This document shows positions 19,454-30,000 of a stretch of DNA of 64,000 bases, one piece after another. Every line of letters starts with the position of its first letter. Position 1 is the first letter of the stretch. A program made the position numbers and the translations under genes. The DNA lies in assembly GCA_965261395.1 (NCBI GenBank), contig OZ253462.1, positions 3,776,001 through 3,840,000 of the forward strand, in the 5' to 3' direction. Under the pieces are notes generated by a model. That model saw only the letters and a program-made list of their open reading frames with translations, had not been told where the DNA came from and made no database searches. The stretch comes from Candidatus Latescibacterota bacterium (GTDB taxonomy: Bacteria; Latescibacterota; UBA2968; UBA8231).

Positions 19454-20212
19454 ATGGAAAGCTGCGATTTCCTTGAGTTGCTCAAGGAGCGGGGGCTTTT
19501 GCCCGCCGCCCCGCCCTTTGCTCCAGAAGCGTCTTTGCAGCCAGTCGAGGGCACCACGATTATAGCGGTGCGCTGCGCCGACGGGGTGGTGGTAGCCGGC
19601 GACCGCCGCGCCACCATGGGCAACTCGGTGGTGTACGACCGCGCCGACAAAGTGCTGATCATCGACGATGAAGCGGTCATGGCCATTGCCGGCTCGCCGG
19701 CGGTGGCGTGGGACATTGCGCGCATGCTGGAAATGTCGGTGCAGTACTATCGCCGCAGCCAGCTCCAAGGGCTGAGCTTGGACGGCAAGGTGCGGACTTT
19801 GTCGCGGCTGTTGCGCCAGAACCTGCCGCTGGCCATGCAGGGGATTGGCGCGGTGGTGCCGATCTTTGCGGCCTTTGACCACGCGGCCGCGGAGGGCAAA
19901 ATTTTCTTTTACGATCTCTTGGGGGCTGAGTTCGAGTGTGTGGATTTCTGCGCCACCGGGTCGGGCGCGCACATTGTGCGCGGCGCGCTGTACTACCAAA
20001 ACCGCTGGGGGCCACAGCCGCTGCGGGAGATGGCCGGGGAGCAGGCTGTCGAACTGTTGCTCAAGATGCTGGAGACGGCCGCTGAATACGACACGGCGAC
20101 CGGCGGCTTCCGCGAGTCCGCGCACATCTTTCCCCAGGTCGTACAGGTGACGGCCGCGGGCTTGAGTGCCGTGCCCGAAGCAGAGCTGGCCGCGCTCTAT
20201 CAAAGGGCTTGA
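19454..20212 (+). CDS. prcB: 20S proteasome beta subunit
   Basis: Propeptide then G|TT, AGDRRATMGN, ATGSG. Confidence 0.93.
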   Translation: MESCDFLELLKERGLLPAAPPFAPEASLQPVEGTTIIAVRCADGVVVAGDRRATMGNSVVYDRADKVLIIDDEAVMAIAGSPAVAWDIARMLEMSVQYYRRSQLQGLSLDGKVRTLSRLLRQNLPLAMQGIGAVVPIFAAFDHAAAEGKIFFYDLLGAEFECVDFCATGSGAHIVRGALYYQNRWGPQPLREMAGEQAVELLLKMLETAAEYDTATGGFRESAHIFPQVVQVTAAGLSAVPEAELAALYQRA

Positions 20213-20217
20213 GGCGC

Positions 20218-20979
20218 ATGTTAGAAGAACCTTATCGCTGGGTCGAGGCCATCAACAACCGCCGCGAATACTTGGAAGACCAACTCGCGAGCGGCAGTCC
20301 GGTGGTGGGTACGACGTATGCCGACGGGGTGCTGCTGCTGACAGCTACTCCAGGCCCGCGCAAGCTCTTTGAGGTGTACGACGAGATTGCCTTCGCGGCC
20401 GTGGGGCACCCGTCCGACATTGAGAAGCTGCGCAAAGCCGTCATCGACATCGCCCATCTCGAAGGATTTAACCTGTCGGCCAACGACGTGACCTTGCAGC
20501 GGTTGGTCAGCTTTGGCATTGGCCCGCTGATGAAGGCGGCTTTCGACGAGCTATTTCGCTCGCCCTTCATCGCCCGCGTGATGATGGCCGAGCTAGACCC
20601 GGACGGCGGCGGAGACTCCTTTTTCACCATTGACGCCGATGGGTCCTTTGCCCGGAGCGGCGGGGTGGCGGCCCTCAGCGGCAGCGCGGAGAGCGCGCAG
20701 GCCATGACGGCACAACTGCAAGCGGCCGACCCGGAGCTGCCTCTCAGCCAAGCCTTGGGCGCGGCGTTGGAGGTATGGGGATTGGGCCGGTTGACCCTCG
20801 ACGCCCGCGATGGCGAGGTGCCCAACGCGGAGGCGGTTTGCGATTTTCTCAAGGGCGGTTTGCAAGGGCTGACCATCGAGGCCGCAGTACTCGACCGCGA
20901 GCGCGTCGCCAAGTCGAAGTTCCGCATGCTCACCGCGGAACAACTAGCCGAGCCACTTGCTTCCTACTTCGAGGTCTAG
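20218..20979 (+). CDS. prcA: 20S proteasome alpha subunit
   Basis: GSPVV, KLFEVYDEIAFAAVG, EAAVLDR; follows prcB. Confidence 0.9.
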   Translation: MLEEPYRWVEAINNRREYLEDQLASGSPVVGTTYADGVLLLTATPGPRKLFEVYDEIAFAAVGHPSDIEKLRKAVIDIAHLEGFNLSANDVTLQRLVSFGIGPLMKAAFDELFRSPFIARVMMAELDPDGGGDSFFTIDADGSFARSGGVAALSGSAESAQAMTAQLQAADPELPLSQALGAALEVWGLGRLTLDARDGEVPNAEAVCDFLKGGLQGLTIEAAVLDRERVAKSKFRMLTAEQLAEPLASYFEV

Positions 20980-20980
20980 T

Positions 20981-22408
20981 ATGGAAGATCGCATCTACGG
21001 GATAGAGACCGAGTACGGCTGTCTGCCGCCGGCTTCAGATCCCTTTTTGAGTCCCGATTTCGTTTCGATAAAGGTCAAGGACTGCGTGTTCTACCGCGAG
21101 GGCTTGGGCATTGTCGATATGCACTATCGGGGCCGAGACGAGCCGCCCGGCAACGGCGGCTTTCTCTTCAACGGTGGGCGCGTGTACATCGACATGGGCC
21201 ACGTCGAGTACGCCACCCCGGAATGCACCGGCCTTTTTGATTTGGTGGCCGCCGACCGGGCTGGCGAGCGGTTGGTGCAGCGCGCGCTAGACCAGCTTGG
21301 CTTGGCCGATAGCGCGGCCTTTTTCAAGAACAATATCGACCACTACACAGGGGCTACTTTTGGCTGTCACGAAAACTACCTCGTGCGGCGGGAGGTGCCG
21401 TTTTCGCAAGTATTATTGCCGACCATGTTGCCCTTTTTCGTCACCCGCCAGATATTCGCCGGCGCTGGCCGAGTCGGTTGTCACACGGATATTTTCGAGT
21501 ACGGCAATGCCGAGGACGAAGGCGTTGAATTCCAACTCTCGCAGCGGGCCGATCACATCGTCACCGAGATCTACCAGTGGATCCAGTTCAGTCGCGCGAT
21601 CATTAACACGCGCGACGAGCCGCTGGCCGATTGGGGGCTGTACCGCCGCTTGCACCTGCTGGTAGGCGACTCGAATATGATGGAGTACGCCACGGCCCTG
21701 AAAGTGGGCACCACGGCCTTGGTGTTGCAGCTTTTGGAAGAGCAAGAGCGCGTGATCTGCGACGACATCAAGCTCCTCGATCCGGTGCAGGCCATCCGCG
21801 ACATTTCGCGCGACATGACCTATCGCTGGGAAGTGCAGCTAGAGGACGGCCGCTACACTACTGCGACGGAGATACAGCGCACGTATCTCGACTTGGCCGA
21901 GCGCTACCTGCGCGGTCGGGATGAAGAGGGTGACTGGGTGTTGGATGAGTGGCGCTTTGTCATCGACGCCTTAGAACACGATCCCGGGTGCTTGGTCGAT
22001 CGCGTCGATTGGGTGGCCAAGAAGTGGCTGTTGGAGTACTTCATGCGGGAAGAGGGGCTGGACTGGCAGGATACTTGGATCCAAAGTTTGGATTTGGAAT
22101 ACCACAATCTCAACACGGCGCGAAGCCTCTATTTCGATCTGTACGAGCGCGGGTTGGTCAAGCGAATCGTCAGCGACGAGCAGATCAATCAGGCCATCAC
22201 GCATCCCCCGGCCAATACCCGCGCTCTCGCCCGCTCCCGAGTGATGAGGGCGCTGACCGACCAGAAGACGCGTTACCAAATTGATTGGGACTCCATTTGC
22301 GTGGGCGACGATAAGTTCCTCAGCCTCGACGACCCCTTTCTCATCTATGATCGCGAAGCCGAAGTCTTCATCCGCGAATGCCGGCAGATGCCGGTCGATA
22401 AGTTTTGA
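20981..22408 (+). CDS. pafA: PafA-like modifier--protein ligase
   Basis: RIYGIETEYG, NGGRVYIDMGHVEYATPEC, FGCHENY, NTRDEP, RRLHL. Confidence 0.9.
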   Translation: MEDRIYGIETEYGCLPPASDPFLSPDFVSIKVKDCVFYREGLGIVDMHYRGRDEPPGNGGFLFNGGRVYIDMGHVEYATPECTGLFDLVAADRAGERLVQRALDQLGLADSAAFFKNNIDHYTGATFGCHENYLVRREVPFSQVLLPTMLPFFVTRQIFAGAGRVGCHTDIFEYGNAEDEGVEFQLSQRADHIVTEIYQWIQFSRAIINTRDEPLADWGLYRRLHLLVGDSNMMEYATALKVGTTALVLQLLEEQERVICDDIKLLDPVQAIRDISRDMTYRWEVQLEDGRYTTATEIQRTYLDLAERYLRGRDEEGDWVLDEWRFVIDALEHDPGCLVDRVDWVAKKWLLEYFMREEGLDWQDTWIQSLDLEYHNLNTARSLYFDLYERGLVKRIVSDEQINQAITHPPANTRALARSRVMRALTDQKTRYQIDWDSICVGDDKFLSLDDPFLIYDREAEVFIRECRQMPVDKF

Positions 22409-22446
22409 TGTAGGCCGCTAGGCCATGCAAGTCTCAGGAGATTGTC

Positions 22447-22710
22447 ATGCGTAGCTATAGAGCACTCCTCCACGGGAACCGTCTCGAGTGGCTGGAAGAA
22501 GCACCAGAACCTCATAAAGACGTGCCGTTGCAGGTCCATGTAATGGTGCTAGAGCAAGCGAGTTTCGCCGATACGGACACAAGGGGACGCGCTATGGCGG
22601 CGATACTTGAAAAGCTAGCGGAAAGCGGTGCGTTTTCCGCGATTGCTGACCCTGCAAAGTGGCAACGCGCACTCCGTCGAGACCGCGTATTGCCGGAGCG
22701 CGAAGAGTAG
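22447..22710 (+). CDS. Putative antitoxin of the downstream PIN toxin
   Basis: 87-aa ORF with AGGAG RBS; its stop overlaps the vapC start. Confidence 0.7.
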   Translation: MRSYRALLHGNRLEWLEEAPEPHKDVPLQVHVMVLEQASFADTDTRGRAMAAILEKLAESGAFSAIADPAKWQRALRRDRVLPEREE

Positions 22711-23093
22711 TGCTCATTGACAGCAACATTCTTATCTATGCATCCCAATCTACACATGCTCATCTGAGACAGTTGATTGTTAAGTATGCGCCGGCCATTT
22801 CAGCCGTCAGTTACGTAGAAGTCCTCGGGTATCATCAACTCGATGACGAGGAGCGGCAATACTTGGAGGCATTTTTTCGCTTGGCTCAGGTCCTACCTCT
22901 TTCGCAAGACGTCCTCGACCGAGCAGTAACCCTCCGACAGCAGAAAAAAATGTCCCTCGGTGATGCCCTCGTAGCCGGGACTGCGCTAATACACGAACTG
23001 ACGTTGGTAACTCGTAATGTGGAGGATTTTCAGTGGATTCAGGAATTGTCATTATTGAACCCTTTTGAATCTGGAACTCTACAAGACCACTAA
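22710..23093 (+). CDS. vapC: VapC PIN-domain toxin
   Basis: LIDSNILIY..E..DALVAGTAL..LVTRNVEDF. Confidence 0.9.
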   Translation: MLIDSNILIYASQSTHAHLRQLIVKYAPAISAVSYVEVLGYHQLDDEERQYLEAFFRLAQVLPLSQDVLDRAVTLRQQKKMSLGDALVAGTALIHELTLVTRNVEDFQWIQELSLLNPFESGTLQDH

Positions 23094-23323
23094 GTCCACT
23101 CCCGATAGGGAATTCTCAAAATGAACAGATGGACTAAGTTAAGCATCGATTATGCAAACCAGAGGTCGTACTTGGATGATTTATTTCAAGTCTATCCAAC
23201 GATTCCAGAAGGAATAAGAGATATAGACAAAAAATCTTGGGCCAAAATTGAGCAAGCATTTTATGATGAAGATAATTATACTCTAGTCTGCGAGTTATTA
23301 GAACTTGACTTATTTCCAATAAA

Positions 23324-24499
23324 GGCTTTGGTGCATGGATCGGTATTTTTGGGTTTCTCGGTTGAATAAAGACAGGCTCCTCAGTAGATTGGGCATGACT
23401 TTTTTGCGAAAAGACTCTATGCCTTCTCTTCCAAGGAACCTGTCCTGTCCAACGTATCGTCTGCTCCGTCTTCGGTCAAGCCCCGTCGCCGTCGCTCGAA
23501 GGTTGTGTATCGGGTGCGTAATTGGCCTGATTATGATGCGGGGCTTACCCAGCGCGGTAGCCTGACGGTGTGGTTTTCCCCCCAAGCGGTCGAAGCGTGG
23601 TATTATCAAGGGCCGCGCCAACGGGGGGCGCAATATACCTTTTCGGACGTAGCCATCCACACGGCGTTGACGTTGCGGCTTATGTATCACTTGCCGCTAC
23701 GCCAAACCGAGGGGTTTGTCGCTTCCATTGTAGCCTTGATGGGCTTGGCTATACGGGTGCCGGATCATACGACCCTCTCGCGGCGTCAGGCTGACTTGAC
23801 AGTAGCGTTGCCTACCCAGCCCACGGATCAACCCCGGCATTGGGTCGTTGATTCGACGGGGTTGAAGGGGTATGGCGAAGGCGAGTGGAAGGTGCGTCAG
23901 CACGGCTGGGGCAAGCGGCGCACCTGGCGCAAATTGCACCTTGGGGTCGACGAAGCCACCGGCGAGATCGTCGCCCAGACGTTGACGGCCAATCGCCCAG
24001 ATGATGCCGGGCAGGTCGAGCCGTTGCTGGAGCAAGTCGCGGCCCCCATCGCGGCGGTGGGCGGGGATGGAGCCTATGATAAACGCAAGGTGTTTGAGGC
24101 GTTGGCTGCGCCGGACCGAGGGCCGCCGATCCGGCCGATCATTCCGCCGCGCAAAGACGCCAAAATCCAGCAACATGGCAACTGCAACGCGGAGCCGTTG
24201 CCCCGCGATGAGACGATCCGAACCATCCGTAGCCGGGGCCGTCGAACCTGGAAAAAAACCAGTGGCTATCATCGCCGATCCCTCGTCGAAACCCAGATCG
24301 GCCGCTACAAACAGAGCCTCGGCGACACCTTGCACGCCCGAACCCTATCCCACCAACAAACCGAAACACGAGTGGGATGTGCCATACTCAACCGGCTATT
24401 GCATTTGGCTAAGCCCGAGTCCTATCCGATAACCAAGGAAGTCTAAAACACACCAGACAAGGGGCAACACGGCCCCGACAGTTTTCATGCACCAAAGCC
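23324..24499 (+). mobile_element. Complete IS5-family (IS903 group) element, 1176 bp
   Basis: Perfect 14-bp IRs GGCTTTGGTGCATG / CATGCACCAAAGCC; 9-bp TSD TCCAATAAA at 23315-23323 and 24500-24508. Confidence 0.95.
23505..24446 (+). CDS. IS903-like DDE transposase
   Basis: YRVRNW..RGSLT, DSTGLK.GEGEW, WRKLH, DGAYD, GYHRRSLVET. Confidence 0.95.
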   Translation: MYRVRNWPDYDAGLTQRGSLTVWFSPQAVEAWYYQGPRQRGAQYTFSDVAIHTALTLRLMYHLPLRQTEGFVASIVALMGLAIRVPDHTTLSRRQADLTVALPTQPTDQPRHWVVDSTGLKGYGEGEWKVRQHGWGKRRTWRKLHLGVDEATGEIVAQTLTANRPDDAGQVEPLLEQVAAPIAAVGGDGAYDKRKVFEALAAPDRGPPIRPIIPPRKDAKIQQHGNCNAEPLPRDETIRTIRSRGRRTWKKTSGYHRRSLVETQIGRYKQSLGDTLHARTLSHQQTETRVGCAILNRLLHLAKPESYPITKEV

Positions 24500-25106
24500 T
24501 CCAATAAAAGATAGCTATATTGCCTATCTGAGAAGAGATAGAAGTGCATTAGGCAGAAATCCTAGAACGATAAATAGAATATGCGGTAGGTTATATGAAA
24601 TGGGCATTGACAAAATTTTTGAAAGATGCACTGAACCGAAAGAAACTAATAGACAAATTGGCCCTATGTTTCGAGATTGGTTAAGAAAAAAATCATTGGG
24701 TGTTAGTCCTGTCGATTTAGCAACTTTTGTATCAAGTACTGGAGATGCAGTTTTAGATGGAAGTGATGAAGAAAATATGAATTTTGCTAAAAAGTATTTA
24801 GGCTATAAACACAATAAAGGATTAGATATTGTGGCGAGATTTAACAATAAGTATGTGATTGGGGAAGCAAAATTTCTTACAGATTTTGGCGGACATCAAA
24901 ATGCCCAATTTAACGATGCTATTAGTACTGTGGAAACAGAGGGCGTAAATGCTGTAAAGGTTGCCATATTGGATGGGGTTCTTTATATAAAAAGAAAAAA
25001 TAAAATGCATAAATTAATAACCGAAGATTATAAAGGATATAACATTATGAGTGCTCTTGTATTGCGAGACTTTTTGTACCAAATATAATTGAGGAGGTAT
25101 ATACCT

Positions 25107-25652
25107 GTGAATTTACTTATCCAAGGTCAACTGTTCTATTTCCCGATGAACTTCCTCAAGAAGGCTACCGGACTCATTGACAAATATCTAGAGAACCTTG
25201 ATGAGAGAAAAGAGAATTGTCCTGATCCCGATAGCTTTGGGTTCTACGACGATGGCGAGCATATCACTGGTCTTGGTTTCGTTGTATGCCAGTACTACAT
25301 CACAGCCATTTATTCTTTTTATAAAGAAAACAAATCGGCAGCACTAAAGCGCGGTCCAAAACATTGTACAGGCCTACCTTTTGCAGAACTGATAAACGCA
25401 TGCGCCAATTATTGGAAGCATCATGAAGAGTGGCGAGGAGTGCCGAAGGAACAATTGAGGCCTGACTCTGCCAAGACCATTAAGGCCATGAAGAGTTTAG
25501 GGATTAAAGCGGCAGAGGGTTACTATCCGCTTAATAACGCCTTCTGTAAATTGCTCGGTTCCCCTCCTTATAGGTTCAACGCTCTCCTACCGCTTCTGAA
25601 AGAATGGAGAGAAGCAGTGCGTCAAGCGGCTAAAGAGGCTAAAGGGCCTTGA
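25107..25652 (+). CDS. Hypothetical protein between the REase and MTase genes
   Basis: GAGGAGG RBS + GTG; 181-aa ORF containing ANYWKHH. Confidence 0.7.
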   Translation: MNLLIQGQLFYFPMNFLKKATGLIDKYLENLDERKENCPDPDSFGFYDDGEHITGLGFVVCQYYITAIYSFYKENKSAALKRGPKHCTGLPFAELINACANYWKHHEEWRGVPKEQLRPDSAKTIKAMKSLGIKAAEGYYPLNNAFCKLLGSPPYRFNALLPLLKEWREAVRQAAKEAKGP

Positions 25653-25719
25653 ACCATGACGTCGAACTGGACCAACTATACGATGTGGACGGATGCCAAT
25701 CTAGACGAGGTATATACTG

Positions 25720-26760
25720 ATGAACCTACTCATTGAAGGCGACAACACCAAAGGCTTGAACTACCTTCTACGAGAAAAAAATATCAAAGAAAAAATAGAC
25801 TTGGTGTACATCGATCCGCCCTTTGCCACTGGTATTAATTTCACCATTACCGAAGATCGCGCTGCGACGATTAGCAATTCAAAACGTGGATCCGTCGCTT
25901 ATTCTGATCGATTAGTAGGTTCTGAGTTTGTTGATTTTTTGCGCGAAAGATTGCTCTTGCTAAGGGAACTTTTATCTACAAGTGGTTCAATTTACTTGCA
26001 TATCGACTATAAGATCGGCCATTACATCAAAGTTATGATGGACGAAGTGTTCGGCATAGAGAATTTTCGCAACGACATAACGAGAATAAAGTGCAATCCC
26101 AAGAATTTTAAGAGAACGGGCTATGGCAACGTAAAAGACTTGATTCTCTTTTACAGTAAAACAGCGCATCCTATATGGAATGAACCAAGAGAGAAATACT
26201 CGGCAGAAGATATAGGGAGGCTATTCCCTAAGACGGACAAACGAGGAAGGCGCTATACTACAGTGCCGATTCACGCGCCGGGAGAAACTCAACGCGGAAA
26301 ATCCAATCAGCCATTTAGAGGCATGATGCCGCCAAAGGGCCGGCATTGGAGAACTGATGTCGAGACGCTAGAAAGATGGGATAAAGAGGGTCTGATAGAA
26401 TGGTCGGCAACGGGTAACCCAAGAAAAGTAGTATTTGCAGATGAGAGAGAGGGTAAGAGGGTACAAGATATTTGGGAGTATAAAGACCCCCAATATCCAG
26501 TGTATCCAACGGAGAAAAACTCCGAACTCTTGGACTTGATTATTCGCACTTCTTCCAATCCGGGAAGTATTGTGCTGGACTGTTTCTGCGGATCAGGGAC
26601 GACGTTAAAATCCGCTCAGCGGCTCAACAGAAATTGGATCGGTATTGACCAATCGGAACACGCGATTAAAGCAACGGTCGAAAAACTTGAGGACATCGAA
26701 GACGATTTTTTTACGGGCAAGCTAGAATACGAGTTTTTGAAACTCGCTGTGGCGGATTGA
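25720..26760 (+). CDS. Site-specific amino (N6/N4) DNA methyltransferase, beta class
   Basis: YIDPPF before YPTEK and DCFCGSGTT. Confidence 0.95.
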   Translation: MNLLIEGDNTKGLNYLLREKNIKEKIDLVYIDPPFATGINFTITEDRAATISNSKRGSVAYSDRLVGSEFVDFLRERLLLLRELLSTSGSIYLHIDYKIGHYIKVMMDEVFGIENFRNDITRIKCNPKNFKRTGYGNVKDLILFYSKTAHPIWNEPREKYSAEDIGRLFPKTDKRGRRYTTVPIHAPGETQRGKSNQPFRGMMPPKGRHWRTDVETLERWDKEGLIEWSATGNPRKVVFADEREGKRVQDIWEYKDPQYPVYPTEKNSELLDLIIRTSSNPGSIVLDCFCGSGTTLKSAQRLNRNWIGIDQSEHAIKATVEKLEDIEDDFFTGKLEYEFLKLAVAD

Positions 26761-26788
26761 AAGCAGCACTTTTGAAAGTGAGCATTCT

Positions 26789-27028
26789 ATGCTAACGGCC
26801 TATATCCAATCGGCAATGAGACGCGCGACATACGAGATCCTCGACGATCAAACGTTTTATGGAGAAATCATTGGATTTCAAGGCGTGTATGCAAATACTG
26901 ATACTTTAGAACAGTGCCACGAAGAATTGCAATCCGTGCTTGAAGGCTGGATCATCCTCGGATTGAGAATGGACCATCTGATTCCACAAGTAGATGGGTT
27001 GCGCTTGGATAGCGTACTTACTATCTAA
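26789..27028 (+). CDS. HicB-family antitoxin-like protein (no hicA adjacent)
   Basis: YGEI.GFQGVYA..TLEQC.EEL..VLEGWI pattern. Confidence 0.75.
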   Translation: MLTAYIQSAMRRATYEILDDQTFYGEIIGFQGVYANTDTLEQCHEELQSVLEGWIILGLRMDHLIPQVDGLRLDSVLTI

Positions 27029-27098
27029 CGGATAAAACACCGTTGCGATGCCTAGGGCTAATTTTTTGGAATTTCACTATGGGACCAACCCTAAAGGA

Positions 27099-30000
27099 AT
27101 GGCGTGTAGGTTATTCCTTTTCCTTGTCCTCGTCCTCCCTTCCCAAGTCCTAGCCGCCGAGTTTGCCTGCGCGGCGTTGGAGCCGTCAGCGCGACGGGTT
27201 GCGCAGACGCCGGAGCATCTGAGCGCGCTGGTTATATTTTCGCAGTTCCAGAACGAGGGTGCCCCTGCCACTGCACCCTCTTGGGCGAACGACCTTTTCG
27301 ACGCTGAGTTGCCCGGCAGTTTTGCTCACTTCTACCGCGAGATGTCGGGCGGACGGATCCATGTCGATGGCCAGGTGCTGCCTCGGCGCTACCGCTCGCG
27401 CATGGCAGCAGATACCTACTTGGCCGATACTCCAGGGGCCTTGGGCCAGTTTGGTCGCTTCAACTTGGAGATTCTCACAGCAGCCGACGCGGACGTCGAT
27501 TTGGGGCATTTCGACAATGACGGTCCCGACGGGGTACCCAACTCCGGCGACGACGACGGCTACGTCGATATCGTCTTTATCAATTTGCAGACCGCGCCCC
27601 GCGACTTCTTCGTCGGTGCGGCCACTGGCATCGCTAGTTTGGGGATGGACGCCGATTACATCAGCGGCGATCCGGCAGCCAGCGGCGGCTTTGTGCGGGT
27701 GCGGAGTCGCTTCACAGGTTTCAGTGGCACCACGCAGCGGGGCCACACCTTCAGCGTCACGGCCTCGACGATGTGCCACGAGTTCGCGCACATATTGGGG
27801 TTGCCCGATCTCTTCGATCAGACGGCGTTGACCGTGAGCGAGCTGGACCCGGAGGAGGACTCCGCGGGCATTGGCAATTGGGGGATCATGGGCTGGGGGA
27901 CGCTCGGTTGGGGCGTGGAAGATGGTCCCAACGCCTTTTCAGCTTGGTCGCTGGCCACCCTTGGTTGGGTCGAGGTGATAGAAGTGGAAGGGAGCGTCGA
28001 AGGGCTGGAGATCGGGGAGATCTTCAGCGATCGGAAGGCGTACAAAATTCCCCTGACCCAAGACGAGTACTTCCTGCTGGAACACCGGCGAGCTGGCGGT
28101 TCGTACTACAACCGCAATATCCCACAAGACGGCCTGCTCATCTGGCACGTAGACGAGCAGGCGGACAACGACGAGGAACGCCACAAACAGGTCGATTTAG
28201 TCTGTGCCGATGGACTTTTTGCCGACCAAGGCTTTCCCAACGGCGACCCCGATGCCGTGGAGGGACGGGACAATCTCGACTTCTGGGCACGGGACTTGGC
28301 GTACTCCTCGGCCCACAACGGTAACAAAGGCGACGCGACCGATCCCTTTGACGGCGTCCGCTTCCGCCGCTTCGCCTGGGACACGAACCCGGCCTTCAGC
28401 GGGCACACGGGCTTTGTGCGGAACTTGCCGTTGGGCATGGCCATAGAAAATATCCGCCCGCACGGCGCAGCCATGGTCGTCGATGTGGTGCGGCAGCAAC
28501 TCGTCGGCCACATTGTCGGCGACGCGACGTGGACGGGCCGGGTGGATTTGGACGGGGACGTGATCGTGGCACCGGGCGCAACACTGACCATTGATACCGA
28601 TGCGGAGATCCGCTTTGCCCGCGGCGATGCGCAGGACACGGGGTTTGATCCAGACCGCAGTGAGTTGATCGTCTATGGCGATCTCAAAATTGGGGAGGGC
28701 GCATCTTTTAAGTCGAGTGCGACACGCACCGGGCCCTTGGACTGGTCGGGTATTTATTTGCTCGACGGCCAAGCGGTCGATCCAGCGGCCATCGCGATTG
28801 AACACGCCCATCGTGGGATTATCGGCTTCCGCCTACCCCCGGGACGGACGCAGTGGCTGGACGAGCAGGCCGTGTACGCGGATTTGCTGGTGCCGGCCGG
28901 GTCTGAACTGCACATCGGTCCGAGCAGTGTGTCCTTTCCTCGCTTTGATCTCAGCCGGCGCGGCGTGTCCCCGGACTTCGCCGAGCTGATCGTGGAAGGC
29001 GCGTTGACGATTGAGGGGATGGCCGGAGATCGGGCACAGCTAACCACTGATCCCGGCCCGGACAACGACGGCTTGTGGTATGGCATTCGCGTGCTGCCGG
29101 GTGCCCAAGTCGAGGTGCAGCACGCCGAGCTAACGCGCACGGCTTTTGCCTTTAGCGGCGAGATTGACGAGGTGACGACCCTGCGCATCGCCGACTCCGC
29201 GGTGAGCGAAAGCGGCGGCAACGGCTTGCTGCTGAGGCTAAACGGTCAAGCACAGGTAGATCGGACTCAGTTTACGTTCATCTCTGGCCCGGCCGTGTTC
29301 ATCGCCGGCAGCGGGCAACTCGCGCTGCGCAACGTCACCATTGAGGGCAATGGCCAAGAGGGGATCTTGCTCAATAACGCATCCTTAGAGGCCATCCGCG
29401 TCGCCGTAATCGACAACGGCCAGCTCGACCCAGACGACCCACGGACTGGGGTGCGGGCCATAGGCGGCCGCGGCCAGCGCATCGAGATGTGGAAGTCGCA
29501 GATTGAGCAAAACACCGCGCACGGCATGGATTTGGAGGAGTGGCTGGGCGAGGTGGAATTGCACGACAGCCGCATTGTTGGCAACCAAGGCGATGGCTTG
29601 CGCGCCGGGGGTGCGGCGCGTTTGGTCCTTGCGCAGGTACTGGTCGAGCGCAACTTGCGCGTCGGTGCCGAAATCGCCGGGTCGCTGGTGGAGATATGGA
29701 ATTCGACGTTTAGGGCCCATGTTACTGCGGGTCTGCGCTTAGGGTTGGGGACGAGAGGGGTAATCGAGATGAGCGCGTTTGTCGGGGGCCGGGGTTTGGA
29801 GCTAGCCGGCGTGGAGGCGCTGGAGATTCGTGCCAGCGAGTTTGTCCGTGGGACGCCGGCCATCCAATCCGTGGATTCTGCGCCGCATATCGTCGGCAAC
29901 CGCTTTGCCGACAATGCCGTGGCCATCCGGGTCGAAGGGCGACGGGTGCCGCTGGGGATCCACGGCAACACCTTTGCCAACAACTCCACGGCCATTGAGA

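Larger units (their letters stand above)
23121..25088 (+). pseudogene. Type II restriction endonuclease (Tsp45I-like) interrupted by an IS5 element
   Basis: Removing the IS and one TSD copy joins ..LDLFPIK to DSYIAYLRR..GRLYEMGIDK..; KGLD..GEAKF catalytic motif; low GC; next to an MTase. Tsp45I label is from recall. Confidence 0.8.
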
